From: Dehalococcoidia bacterium
GTDB taxonomy: Bacteria > Chloroflexota > Dehalococcoidia > Lucifugimonadales > VXLM01
Assembly: GCA_963662435.1 (NCBI GenBank)
Contig: OY759598.1
Coordinates: 3,752,507 to 3,816,506, forward strand
Reading direction: 5' to 3'
Length of the DNA: 64,000 nt
Numbering within the stretch: the first letter of the stretch is position 1; every line of letters begins with the position of its first letter. Shown piece by piece: positions 47,540 to 57,317 of the stretch. Both the position numbers and the translations under genes were made by a program. Below the pieces are notes generated by a model. The model was given only the letters and a program-made list of their open reading frames with translations. It did not search any database and was not told where the DNA came from.

Positions 47540-49594
47540 ATGCTACGACCGATTCTCCTTCTGTTTACCGTGGTGGCGTTTGCCCTCACCATGGCATGCG
47601 GCCAAGACCCAGAATTAGCACCCAGACTCGTGACTCCAACCCCCGTGCCGGACCTGCCCACGGCCACCCCGACTCCAGTGCCTGCTCCAACCACAATTCC
47701 ACCTGCCACTGTCGCCGCTCCTGCCCCTCCTGCCTCCACAGCCGCCACTGCCACACCGCTCCCCTATGATTTCTATTTCGTGCCTGACGTTTGCCGCATC
47801 AGGGAGCCCCAGGGCGTCATCATGCAGTGCGGCAACCTCGTTGTGCCGGAGAACCGTTCCAATCTGGGCTCAAGCATGATCGAGCTCCATGTCATCGTCA
47901 TCGGCACGACATCGAGCGATCCCGCACCCGACCCGATGCTGTACCTCGCAGGAGGGCCCGGCTCAAGCATTGTAGAGACAACCCCGTTTCAACTGCCCCT
48001 CTTCGAACACTTCCTTGCCGAGCGCGACGTGATCGTCTTCGACCAGCGAGGCGTCGGGACGTCACAGCCTGTCCTTGATTGTCCGGAGGACTCGCAGGTC
48101 GTGTTCGAGACGCTCAACCAGCAACTTACTGAGGACGAGCGGAAGAGACTCCACGTCGAGGCCATGCGTGCGTGTCGAGATAGGCTCGTTGAGGAGGGAG
48201 TCGATCTTTCCGGCTACAACACTGCTGAGAACGCTGCCGACGTGAGGGACCTGCGGAACGCGCTGGGTATCCCTGAATGGAATATCTACGGTGTGTCGTA
48301 CGGGACGCGACTGGCAATGGCGACCATGCGCGACCACCCCGAGGGTATACGAAGCGTCATACTCGACTCGGCCTTTCCTCTTGACGTGGACTTCTACTCC
48401 TCGATAGTTCCCAACGCCGATCGCGCCTTTGAGAAGCTCTTCGATGAGTGCGCCGCCAACGCAACGTGCAACAAGGCCTATCCAGACCTTGAGTCCAAGC
48501 TCTATGAAGTGGCGAATTTGCTCGACGAGAATCCGGGCCTAACGACCGTACTCAACCCGTTCACCCGCCAGACGCACGAAGTGGTAGTGACCGGCGACCG
48601 GCTCGTCGATACGGTGTTTGACGCGCTCTATGTCAAGGACTTCATCCCGCTGCTGCCCGAGCTCATTTACGACGCGGGGGAGTATGAGTTCGATACGTTT
48701 GAAATCATCTTCGGTACGATACTTGGTCAGATCGACTTCAGCAGTACTGGGATGTACTTCTCCGTCAACTGCGCCGACGAGGCGCCTTTCAGCTCGCAGG
48801 AGAGGGTGGAAGCGTCGTCGAGACTGCACCCTCGTTTGGCGCCTTTCCTGGAACCGGACACCCTATTCGACGTCTGCAGATTCTGGGGTACCAGTACAAC
48901 GCCCGGACTGAAGGAGAGCACCATCCCCGGCCACATCCCCACGCTGATTCTGGCGGGGGGATTCGATCCGATCACTCCGCCGGAGTGGGGCCGACGAGCC
49001 GCCTCCGTCCTTGCTTCAAGTCACCTGGTTGAGTTTCCAAGCGCCGCCCACGGCGTTGTGAATTCCAGCGGATGCTCGCTGGACATAACACTGGCATTCC
49101 TCCGGTCTCCCGACCAACAGCCCGACGACTCATGCGTTGCGGATCTTCCGCTGCTTGGGTTCAAGACCCCTCCTGCGCTCGGCGCCAACCTCATACCGCT
49201 GGAGGACAGACAGCTCGGCATTCGGAGCGTCGTTCCTGCAGGGTGGATCAAGTTTGGTCCGGGCATCTACGGCGAGTCATACCGCGGCGCGACCTCGATC
49301 ATCCAACAGGCGGTACCCACCGACGCAGCTCCGCAGGTCCTCCCGGCCTTCACCCAGCAGTTCGGAATCACGATACCCCAGGAACCGACCCAGACTCTCC
49401 AGCTGGATGGCCTGAAATGGGAAATCTACCGTCTCTCGCACGGTGAACGCTCAACCGCGATTGCAATATCGGGAGATGACGACGGAATGACATTCTTCCT
49501 CATGCTAAGTTCGGATACCGACGACCACGATGCCCTGTACCGGAATGTCTTCCTGCCCACACTGGCCGAGCTCGAAGTCCTCCCAGCCCAGTAG
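47540..49594 (+). CDS. Lipoprotein alpha/beta hydrolase (TAP-like, S33) with extra C-terminal domain
   Basis: Lipobox TMAC, GGPG, FDQRG, GVSYG, DPITP, AHG. Confidence 0.85.
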   Translation: MLRPILLLFTVVAFALTMACGQDPELAPRLVTPTPVPDLPTATPTPVPAPTTIPPATVAAPAPPASTAATATPLPYDFYFVPDVCRIREPQGVIMQCGNLVVPENRSNLGSSMIELHVIVIGTTSSDPAPDPMLYLAGGPGSSIVETTPFQLPLFEHFLAERDVIVFDQRGVGTSQPVLDCPEDSQVVFETLNQQLTEDERKRLHVEAMRACRDRLVEEGVDLSGYNTAENAADVRDLRNALGIPEWNIYGVSYGTRLAMATMRDHPEGIRSVILDSAFPLDVDFYSSIVPNADRAFEKLFDECAANATCNKAYPDLESKLYEVANLLDENPGLTTVLNPFTRQTHEVVVTGDRLVDTVFDALYVKDFIPLLPELIYDAGEYEFDTFEIIFGTILGQIDFSSTGMYFSVNCADEAPFSSQERVEASSRLHPRLAPFLEPDTLFDVCRFWGTSTTPGLKESTIPGHIPTLILAGGFDPITPPEWGRRAASVLASSHLVEFPSAAHGVVNSSGCSLDITLAFLRSPDQQPDDSCVADLPLLGFKTPPALGANLIPLEDRQLGIRSVVPAGWIKFGPGIYGESYRGATSIIQQAVPTDAAPQVLPAFTQQFGITIPQEPTQTLQLDGLKWEIYRLSHGERSTAIAISGDDDGMTFFLMLSSDTDDHDALYRNVFLPTLAELEVLPAQ

Positions 49595-49600
49595 AACGGG

Positions 49601-50812
49601 ATGACCCGACTGCTGGATGAAAACCGTCGGTGGCTGGTGCTGGGTACCCTGTTCCTCGCGGCAGGGGCCAACGTCGGGTCGAGCAACTACGCTTTCGGCC
49701 TCTTCGTAGAGCCGTTGGAGACCACCTTCGGCTGGTCTCGCACTGCTATCTCCGCCTCTCTGTCGTTCACCGCGGTCGGCAGCCTCGCCTCACCCATTGT
49801 GGGTCGACTCATGGACAGGTACGGGGCGCGCCCTGTGCTGGTCATCTCCCTCACCCTCATGGGCATCAGCTTCCTCGTTCGGCCTGCAATGACCGAGCTC
49901 TGGCATTGGTACGCGTTGAGTTTCCTGCAGTTCATTGGCATTTCCGGAATAACCGCGTTGCCGGCGGGACGGCTGATTGCCATCTGGTTTCCTTCATCGC
50001 AGGGAAGGATCATGGGCATCACGGTCGCCGGGATCAACTTCGGCGGGATCACCATCCCTTTCATCGTCAACGTAACTCTTGGAGCGTCCGGCTGGCAGGC
50101 GGCATATGTCATCATGGGCGTCATCGCCGTGGCCCTGGCAGGGATCGCACTGCTCTTCATTCGGGAGCAGCCTGCGAGGGCCCGCGACGACTCCTCAAGG
50201 GAGGCGGAGGGTATGACTGCCAGCTTGTCAGGTCTCTCCCTATCGAAGGCGACGAGAACCCGCAGTTTCTACGCCATCGTGGGAGCGCTCGCCTTTGGCA
50301 GCTTCGCCCATGCGGGCGTTTTCCCCCAACTCATCCCTCACTTCAAGGAGTTCGGCGTACGGGCGGACTGGGCCGCCATTACCGTGACCGTGATGGCGGT
50401 CGCGGGTCTCATATCCAAGCCGTCGTTCGGATACGTGTCCGAACGGATAACGGCCAGGCGAGCAATGATGCTGACGTTAAGCGGGCAGGGCGTCGGTTCT
50501 GTGCTGCTCGTGATCTCTCCTGAATTGGCGTGGGTGGGACTGCCGATCTTCGGGCTCAGCATGGGCGCACACAGCGCACTGATGCCGCTGCTCGTTCAGG
50601 AGAGTTTCGGAAACAGATACTTCGGGAGCATCATGGGGACCGTGACGATGTTTACATTGATCCCGTTTGGCCTGGCTCCGCTGATTGCCGGGTGGACATT
50701 CGATGTAATGCAGAGCTACACGTTGGCGTACCTGGGGTTCGCGGCGCTATTCGTCATCGGAGCGGCGGGACTTACTCAGATGCGTATCCGGGGAATAGAC
50801 GATCTGGGCTAG
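49601..50812 (+). CDS. MFS transporter
   Basis: Twelve TM segments; motif A GRLMDRYGAR. Confidence 0.9.
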   Translation: MTRLLDENRRWLVLGTLFLAAGANVGSSNYAFGLFVEPLETTFGWSRTAISASLSFTAVGSLASPIVGRLMDRYGARPVLVISLTLMGISFLVRPAMTELWHWYALSFLQFIGISGITALPAGRLIAIWFPSSQGRIMGITVAGINFGGITIPFIVNVTLGASGWQAAYVIMGVIAVALAGIALLFIREQPARARDDSSREAEGMTASLSGLSLSKATRTRSFYAIVGALAFGSFAHAGVFPQLIPHFKEFGVRADWAAITVTVMAVAGLISKPSFGYVSERITARRAMMLTLSGQGVGSVLLVISPELAWVGLPIFGLSMGAHSALMPLLVQESFGNRYFGSIMGTVTMFTLIPFGLAPLIAGWTFDVMQSYTLAYLGFAALFVIGAAGLTQMRIRGIDDLG

Positions 50813-51096
50813 CCGGCAACCTGGAAGCGCTCCGACACCGGAGGTTTCGACCAAAGCTCCTCAGCACCGGCCATCGTGACCTTTCGTTCCGGACTGGCCT
50901 TCCACTGGTCGTAGATCTCGGCGCTTTCCCAGACGACGAAGGAAGTGATCTGCGTCGGGTCGGTCATCGAGAGGACCGTGGTGCGGCTGACGAAGCCCGG
51001 CGAATTAGCCTGAGCTCGGCCGTTGCCGTCGAGGAGGGCGCGGGCCTTGTCGAACATGCCCGGCTTGGCCCAATGGTGAGTCAGTACCGCGATCAT
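50809..51096 (-). CDS. Antibiotic biosynthesis monooxygenase (ABM) family protein
   Basis: 95 aa; PGFVS, WES...Y..W. Confidence 0.75.
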   Translation of the reverse strand: MIAVLTHHWAKPGMFDKARALLDGNGRAQANSPGFVSRTTVLSMTDPTQITSFVVWESAEIYDQWKASPERKVTMAGAEELWSKPPVSERFQVAG

Positions 51097-51106
51097 CGTC
51101 GGCCCC

Positions 51107-52141
51107 CTAGAGGTTATATTGCGGCTCGATGTAGTCCGGGTCCTTGCGGTACATCTGGATCCGCCAGCGCTGCGAGTCGGATACCACGATGCGTTTCTTG
51201 GCGGGGTCGTAGTCTACACCCGACGGCAGTGCGAAGCGCCACTCCGGCTCAAGCGTCTTCACACGGCGGCGTGCCTTGAGCACGTCGGCGTTCGAGTCGA
51301 CCTGCTGCTTGTGCCACTTCGCCATTTCCACGGCGTCACCGATGAGGGTCGTGATGAACCTGCCTGAGGCGTCGAAAATCTGTACGCGGCTGTTCGCCCA
51401 GTCGCAGACGTAGACATCGCCTTCGGGGTCTACCGCGACATCGGAGGGCCGGTTGAGCTGGCCGTTGCCAGTGCCGAACGAGCCGAAAGACATCACGTAT
51501 CCGCCATCGGAATCGAGCTTTTGCACGCGGTGGTTCTTGTGGTCGGCCACGTAGACGAAGCCGTCGGAATCGGACGTGATTCCCCAGGGTGAGTTGAACT
51601 GACCCTCGGCTGTCCCCGGGTCCCCGAACTGGCCGAGGTAGGTACCGTCCTTGATGAGCTTCTGGACCCGATGGTTGAGAGAATCGACGACGTAGAGAGT
51701 TTCATCCGGCCCGAAGGCGATTCCGGCCGCGCCGTTGAACTCGCCGTCGCCTGCACCGGTGCGACCGCTTGAGTTGAGCAAGTCGCCATCCGGGTTGAAC
51801 ACGGACACGCGGTTCAGCCATTCGTCGCTGACATAGACGTTCTCTTCGGAATCGGTGGCGATGCCGGTCGGCCAGACCAGTTCGCCGTCTCCGTCGCCAT
51901 ATTGCCCGAATTCGAAAAGCAATTCCTCGCCGCCCGGAGTGTCGGGGACCTCGTACTTGCCGACCTTGGCATGAATGGCGGTCTTGTTCCAAGGGACGTC
52001 GGCCAGCTGCTCGTGCTGGCGGCTCAGGACGTAGATGACGTCGCCGGAACCGAACGCGACGCTGATCGCCATTCCCATGTTTCGGGAGCCGACGTTGTAG
52101 TCGTAGTCGTATGTTCTGCCTGCTACGGATTGTGTGAGCAT
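51107..52141 (-). CDS. NHL-repeat beta-propeller protein
   Basis: Repeated G.F..P.GIA.D....VYV.D..N.RVQ. Confidence 0.9.
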   Translation of the reverse strand: MLTQSVAGRTYDYDYNVGSRNMGMAISVAFGSGDVIYVLSRQHEQLADVPWNKTAIHAKVGKYEVPDTPGGEELLFEFGQYGDGDGELVWPTGIATDSEENVYVSDEWLNRVSVFNPDGDLLNSSGRTGAGDGEFNGAAGIAFGPDETLYVVDSLNHRVQKLIKDGTYLGQFGDPGTAEGQFNSPWGITSDSDGFVYVADHKNHRVQKLDSDGGYVMSFGSFGTGNGQLNRPSDVAVDPEGDVYVCDWANSRVQIFDASGRFITTLIGDAVEMAKWHKQQVDSNADVLKARRRVKTLEPEWRFALPSGVDYDPAKKRIVVSDSQRWRIQMYRKDPDYIEPQYNL

Positions 52142-52188
52142 TGGTTGGGTGCTGGGTTGCTAGGTGTTCGGTTCTGGGTGCTGGGTTG

Positions 52189-52215
52189 TGGATTCCCGCC
52201 TTCGCGGGAAGGACG
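52189..52215 (+). repeat. REP-like palindrome
   Basis: TGGATTCCCGCCTTCGCGGGAAGGACG. Confidence 0.6.
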
Positions 52216-52233
52216 ATATACCTGTCCCTATCC

Positions 52234-53364
52234 CTAATTCAGGAAGCGGGGTTTTTCGAATGTGCCGCCGACGATGGGTTTGGCGTCCATTTTGAGCCAG
52301 TCTTCGATGATGGTGCTGTAGACGCCGCGGAAGTCGAGGTTGGGGACGGGGTCGCCCTGCTCAAGGTCCTCTCGCTTGATGGAGGGGTATGTGCTGTACT
52401 GCCCACCCGCGACGGCGTCGCCGAGCATGAAGACCGCGCCGGCCGCGCCGTGGTCGGTGCCGGAGCCGTTGTCGTATGTGCGGCGACCAAACTCGGAGAA
52501 GATGAGCATGATGACGTTGTCCGCCGCGTCGTGCGCCCTGAGATCGTCGAAGAAGTCCTGAACGCCGCGCGACATGTCGGCGAGGAGCTTGTCGTGCATC
52601 CCTGCCTGGTTGGAGTGGCTGTCGTAGCTGCCTTGGTCGACATAGAAGACACGAGTGCCGAGATCCGCCATGTGAATCTGCGCGATGCTCCGTAGCTTGC
52701 GGCCGATGGACGTTTCGGCGTACTCCACGCTGGACTCGTAGCGCTGTGGGGCGACCTTCAAGATGTCGGCCCCGGCGAGCGCGTCGAGTCCGGTCTGTCC
52801 GAGGAAGTCCATCACGGGGCCCGAACCGACGGCAGGGCCGTAGAGGCGCTTGTACCTTTCGAGGAGTCGCTCACGCTGCTGGACCTCCTCGACGTTGGTC
52901 ATGAGGCCGTAGCTGTCGAGGTTGTCGACGCATGCGACGGGAACGCCGGGAACCGAAAGCGCGCGGAACATGCTCGGTCCCATGCTGACCGCCGTGACGA
53001 CATTCTCTTTATTCGGGTCGATTTCCCTAACGACCTTGCCAAGCCATCCCTCTGTGCCGAGAGTGTCCGGCTCGCAGGTGTGCCATATATCCATCGACCG
53101 GAAGTGAGAGCGCGGGGAATTTGCGTAACCCACGCCATGAATGATGGCGAGGGCGCCTTCGTCGTAGGCGTCCTTGAACGGTCGCATCTCCGGATGCAGC
53201 CCGACGGTGGAGTCGATGGGAATGACATCATCTTCGGCGACGCCGACGGTGGGACGGTAGTCGTAGTACATCCCGTCGGCGTAGGGGATGAGGGTGTTCA
53301 GATAGTCGTTCCCGCCCGTCATCTGGAGTACGACGAGGACGGGTTCTTTGTTTGTGGTCGTCAT
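52234..53364 (-). CDS. DUF1501 family protein (no Tat signal)
   Basis: GGND.LNT, RSHFRS..IW, GWLG, DSH..Q, SEFGR, GTDHG. Confidence 0.9.
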   Translation of the reverse strand: MTTTNKEPVLVVLQMTGGNDYLNTLIPYADGMYYDYRPTVGVAEDDVIPIDSTVGLHPEMRPFKDAYDEGALAIIHGVGYANSPRSHFRSMDIWHTCEPDTLGTEGWLGKVVREIDPNKENVVTAVSMGPSMFRALSVPGVPVACVDNLDSYGLMTNVEEVQQRERLLERYKRLYGPAVGSGPVMDFLGQTGLDALAGADILKVAPQRYESSVEYAETSIGRKLRSIAQIHMADLGTRVFYVDQGSYDSHSNQAGMHDKLLADMSRGVQDFFDDLRAHDAADNVIMLIFSEFGRRTYDNGSGTDHGAAGAVFMLGDAVAGGQYSTYPSIKREDLEQGDPVPNLDFRGVYSTIIEDWLKMDAKPIVGGTFEKPRFLN

Positions 53365-53417
53365 TCGAGTTTCTCCCCGATCTATCCCTTACTCCGTGGC
53401 CACCGGTCTACGGAGAC

Positions 53418-54824
53418 TCAAGCGAATTGGTAGTCCCGCAGTGCGACGATGAGCTGCAGCATCTCCGTTATCCGCGCTACGGTTCGGTCATAGCCGCCGT
53501 TCGACTCCCATGTCAGGGGGCCGCCCTCCGAGGCGTGATCGACTAGCTCCTGTTTTGACGCGCCATCTACGTCCAGCGGCCCGAGCAGGTCGAGACACGT
53601 GTCGACGAACTCTTCGGGAGACATGGCGCCTCTCTCGCGGAGCGCTCCAATAATCGCCTGGATGCCAGGGCGGTCCGCGTCGCTGACCATGTCCGTGAAG
53701 AAGTTGGTGCGGGTCATTATCGAGCCGCTGTTGACCCACTCGGGCCCGGTGTGCCAGCCCTCGACGGACGGGGGATTGAGGAGTTCCTGGCCCATGTAGG
53801 AGACCTGCCGTGAGAGGTTGCCAATGCCGGGCGCGGGGAACTCTGATCCGCCGACGAGCCGTAGCGTACCGATCATCACGTCGACGGGACTCTTGACCTT
53901 GGCGAACTGGGCTTCCTTGAAGAAATCGGATTTTAGGAGGAAGCGAATGGTCTCGCCGATGTCGTAGTCCGTGGAATACAGCTTCTCTACGAGCTGGTCG
54001 ATGGCTTCGGGATCGCGAGGCGGGGTGACGGACCAAGCCGGCACCTGGGCCTCGTCGGCCACGAAGAAGGTGTACAGATGCCGCGCGATGAAACGTGCGG
54101 TGGCGGGCTGTTGCAAGACTATGTCGACTACTTCCTCGCCGCTGAGATCACCTTCGTGTCCGAGGAAGCTCTTGTCTGAGTGGTCGTGGATCTCGTCACG
54201 GTACTCGAACTCCCAGTCGAAACGTCCCATGGGGAACCGGGGCAGCTTCGGTGTCATCGTCCAGCCGGTGAAGGCTCGCGAGCACTCGTAGACATCGCTC
54301 TCGGTGTAGTTCGTGACGCCCATGGTGAAGAGCTCGAGAAGCTCGCGTCCCCAGTTCTCGTTGATTCGACCGTTGAGGTTTTCGTTGTTGTCGAGCCAGT
54401 AGATCATCGCGGGGTTGCGCGCGACGCTCAGGACGATGTCGCGGAACTTACCCATGCCGTTGTCACGGAACGCGTCGATCATGTCCATGATCTCGTCCCA
54501 GTGGTCGACCTTGGAGACGCCGGTGGCGAAGATCCCATGCCAGAAGACGGTCATCTTCTCCTGCAGGGGAGCATTCGTGTTGAGCATCCGGTAGACCCAA
54601 GCGGCGTGGCCCATGCCGTAGATGGTGCCAGGCTTCCACGACCAGGGCTGGTAGCGGTAGAGATCGTAGATGTCGACGGGATCCTGGAGGTCGGGTGAAA
54701 GCAGCTCTTCGACCGTGGCTTCGTAGCCCTTCTCTACACGCGCCTCCAACTCCTCGCGACGCGCACCGAATCCGGCGCGTCGCATGAGATGCGCCATGAG
54801 TGCGATGTCATCCGAATGAGCCAT
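53418..54824 (-). CDS. DUF1800 family protein
   Basis: HLMRRAGFG, LQEKM..FWH, NENWGRELLELFT, PPSVEGW. Confidence 0.9.
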   Translation of the reverse strand: MAHSDDIALMAHLMRRAGFGARREELEARVEKGYEATVEELLSPDLQDPVDIYDLYRYQPWSWKPGTIYGMGHAAWVYRMLNTNAPLQEKMTVFWHGIFATGVSKVDHWDEIMDMIDAFRDNGMGKFRDIVLSVARNPAMIYWLDNNENLNGRINENWGRELLELFTMGVTNYTESDVYECSRAFTGWTMTPKLPRFPMGRFDWEFEYRDEIHDHSDKSFLGHEGDLSGEEVVDIVLQQPATARFIARHLYTFFVADEAQVPAWSVTPPRDPEAIDQLVEKLYSTDYDIGETIRFLLKSDFFKEAQFAKVKSPVDVMIGTLRLVGGSEFPAPGIGNLSRQVSYMGQELLNPPSVEGWHTGPEWVNSGSIMTRTNFFTDMVSDADRPGIQAIIGALRERGAMSPEEFVDTCLDLLGPLDVDGASKQELVDHASEGGPLTWESNGGYDRTVARITEMLQLIVALRDYQFA

Positions 54825-54862
54825 GCGAGACCCTCCCACGATTAGCGGAGTGACTGCAACAG

Positions 54863-54892
54863 ATTATAGCGAGATTGCGGCGAATGCGGCAA
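54863..54892 (-). promoter_or_regulatory. Promoter TTGCCG-N18-TATAAT of the DUF1800 operon
   Basis: Consensus -10 about 40 nt upstream of the ATG. Confidence 0.6.
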
Positions 54893-55004
54893 CAGGGATG
54901 CCGCAGGGGTGACTGTTCAGAATTGGCAAGTCGGGAGAGAAGGCAGTGCGTAGTGAGCATGAGGTGAGCGACTCCCTGCATTCCTCAACCAGATTGAACA
55001 GCTG

Positions 55005-55322
55005 CTATCGAACAGCCTTCACTTCGAGTTGGACGCCTTCGTGTTGCTGAATGCGACTGATGATCTCGAAGAGGTTGCGTGCGTGGGGGTTACCCGACGG
55101 TCCGAACATGCGCATGAGGCTTTTTGGCGGCTTGTTTGTGAGGGAACCAAGCTCCTCGAAGCCGATGGTGGCGTTTATGTAGTCACGTAGAACGATCTTG
55201 CCCGCATCGACATCGCCGGCAAGCAGGCACTCGACTCCCTCCTTCAGCAACCCTTCTCGAAATGCGGGGTCGCGCCGAGCGCGAGCCTGAATCGTCTCCT
55301 TGAAGTCACGGGTGAGCGCCAT
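55005..55322 (-). CDS. HTH antitoxin (HigA/addiction module antidote-like)
   Basis: MALTRDFKET, SLMRMFGPSGNP; lies downstream of the toxin. Confidence 0.85.
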   Translation of the reverse strand: MALTRDFKETIQARARRDPAFREGLLKEGVECLLAGDVDAGKIVLRDYINATIGFEELGSLTNKPPKSLMRMFGPSGNPHARNLFEIISRIQQHEGVQLEVKAVR

Positions 55323-55325
55323 ATT

Positions 55326-55655
55326 TCACGCCTCCCTCCGCTTGCGACGCTTGTACTCTTGCCAGAACTCGCGAGCTTCCTCGATGTCCCTTTGCTGGCG
55401 CGCTTTGGTCCCACCGCCCAGCAGGACTATCAAGGTCTCACCGTCCCTGCCGAAATAGACTCTGTAGCCTTGGCCTACGTTTATGCGGCACTCTAACACG
55501 CCGCTCCCGACGCCTTTGACGTTGGACAGGTTTCCCGCCTCCATGCGGGCGAGGGATGTCCGCACTCTGACGGCGGCTCCGGTGTCGAGATCATCAAACC
55601 AACGTCCGAATGGGCTGCGTCCGCGTTCGTCGATGTACTCTCTGATCGCGATCAC
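55326..55655 (-). CDS. RelE/HigB (Gp49-like) toxin
   Basis: SPF..W, GN...KGVG.GV.E.RI..G.GYRVYF, LLGGG.K..Q..DI. Confidence 0.88.
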   Translation of the reverse strand: MIAIREYIDERGRSPFGRWFDDLDTGAAVRVRTSLARMEAGNLSNVKGVGSGVLECRINVGQGYRVYFGRDGETLIVLLGGGTKARQQRDIEEAREFWQEYKRRKRREA

Positions 55656-55661
55656 ACCATT

Positions 55662-55690
55662 ATGGTAACAAAAGCGTTACTAAAAGGCAA
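55662..55690 (-). promoter_or_regulatory. Leaderless TA promoter TTGCCT-N17-TACCAT with palindromic operator GTAAC-N6-GTTAC
   Basis: -10 ends 6 nt before the GTG start; inverted repeat at 55665-55680. Confidence 0.6.
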
Positions 55691-55772
55691 GGACTGAGAT
55701 AAGCCGGATAGTGATGTGAGGGGACGAGTAATAAGTGAGTAGTACCGTAGGGCCCGCCCGCCATCAAGCGTA

Positions 55773-56885
55773 TCAGCAGGAAGAAGTCGCAACCCCCATG
55801 ATCCGGGCCATGTTTCCGCCGAGGATGAGGTCCATGTCGGACGGTGGGATGAAGTCGCAATAGTCGCGAAGGAAGTCGAGGTTTTGCTTGTAGGTCCACC
55901 AGAGGAGGGAGACGGGTATATCCGTTCCCCATATCAGCTTTTCGGGGCCTATGTGGCGGTACATCTTCTCCATGGTCGGGAGTATCTGCGGCAAGGGGTA
56001 GTCCCAGCGTCGCTGGAGGAATACGGCGAAGAGCAGCTGGATGTGGTAGTTGGGGTTGTCAATCGGCGCGGCGTCGTATACCTCATCGGGAACGACGAGC
56101 TTCTCGTCGTCGGCGAACATACGCCAGTTGAAGCCGTGCGTCTGGACGACGGTGACGTCGGGGTAGCGTTCCATCCATCGACCGAGGGTACGCAGTTCCT
56201 CCAGGTATTCGGCGTAGCTTGTCGAGTGGAGCGTGAAGAAGATGGGTATGCCGAGTTCGCTCAGAGCGTCCCAGAACGGGGTGAAGGTCGGGCTTGCCCA
56301 ATTCCAGTCGAGGCCGTAGATGTCCATGTGGTGGGGCATGAACTGGTAGCCATGCAGACCGAGGTCGTTGATGGCGTGTTGGAGCTTCTCGATGCAGGCG
56401 TCGGTGTCGGAGGCCAGCAGCCACTCCTCGATGTAGGCGAGCCCCTGGATGCGGTCGGGGTACGCCTGGACACACTCGGCGATGAACTCGTTGGACTTGC
56501 TCATGTAGGGCGTGCGGTGGAGCAGCGCCATGTCGACTCCGACGTAGTCCATCTCGGCAACGAGGTTGTCTACGGTGAAAGTGAGGTGGTCGACCCATGG
56601 GGGGAGGGCCTGCTTGACGAAGGTCTCGCCGTCAATGTCCCACTCGACCCTGCCGTTCTCGGCCGTCCTGAAACCGGCGTCCTTCAGTGCGGCGAAGTCC
56701 CATGGACGCTCGGGGTCCACAAGTCCGCTCGCGTCGCCTGGCATCCGATCTTCCTTTCGCCAGACCGGCTGCTGCCGGGAGGTTGCCATGAACAGCTGGA
56801 GGAAGCGGTCGAACTCGGAGCGGTCTTCAAAACCGCCGCCCAGCGCGGGATCCTGGGCACAGTAGGCGTGGCCGTCGTAGATCAT
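55773..56885 (-). CDS. Amidohydrolase_2 family protein
   Basis: DGHAY, YPDRI, TH, WGTDIP, ILGGNMARI. Confidence 0.85.
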   Translation of the reverse strand: MIYDGHAYCAQDPALGGGFEDRSEFDRFLQLFMATSRQQPVWRKEDRMPGDASGLVDPERPWDFAALKDAGFRTAENGRVEWDIDGETFVKQALPPWVDHLTFTVDNLVAEMDYVGVDMALLHRTPYMSKSNEFIAECVQAYPDRIQGLAYIEEWLLASDTDACIEKLQHAINDLGLHGYQFMPHHMDIYGLDWNWASPTFTPFWDALSELGIPIFFTLHSTSYAEYLEELRTLGRWMERYPDVTVVQTHGFNWRMFADDEKLVVPDEVYDAAPIDNPNYHIQLLFAVFLQRRWDYPLPQILPTMEKMYRHIGPEKLIWGTDIPVSLLWWTYKQNLDFLRDYCDFIPPSDMDLILGGNMARIMGVATSSC

Positions 56886-56901
56886 GATTTCACCTTCTGG
56901 A

Positions 56902-57306
56902 TTACGGTGTGGCGAGGGCGGAGACTTCGACGAGGAATTGTTCGTTCGCAAGTCCGCCCACGACGAGGAGCGTCGCGGGTGGGTAGTCGCCGTTGGGGTA
57001 TGCCTCGTCGAAGATAGCTGTCCGCGCATCCATGAAGCCCTGTAAGTTCTCACGTCCAACGATGTAGTACGTGAACTCGATCACGTTCGCGTACGACGTA
57101 CCCGAGCCCGCGAGGACGGCCTGCATGTTGCGGAATACCTGTCGGGTCTGTGCGGCGACGTCGTCCTGGCCGACGAGTTCTCCCTCAACATCGAGGGCGA
57201 CCTGTCCCGCGATGACGATCAGGGGGCCTTCGGCTCGGGAGGAGTGAGAATACTTGCCGGGCGGTTGGTGGACGCCATTCGGACTGTCGATTTTGAACCG
57301 TGGCAT
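56902..57306 (-). CDS. RidA/YjgF family protein
   Basis: YSH, IAGQV, QTRQVF.N, PPATL, LVEV. Confidence 0.88.
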   Translation of the reverse strand: MPRFKIDSPNGVHQPPGKYSHSSRAEGPLIVIAGQVALDVEGELVGQDDVAAQTRQVFRNMQAVLAGSGTSYANVIEFTYYIVGRENLQGFMDARTAIFDEAYPNGDYPPATLLVVGGLANEQFLVEVSALATP

Positions 57307-57317
57307 TGTGGTCCTCC

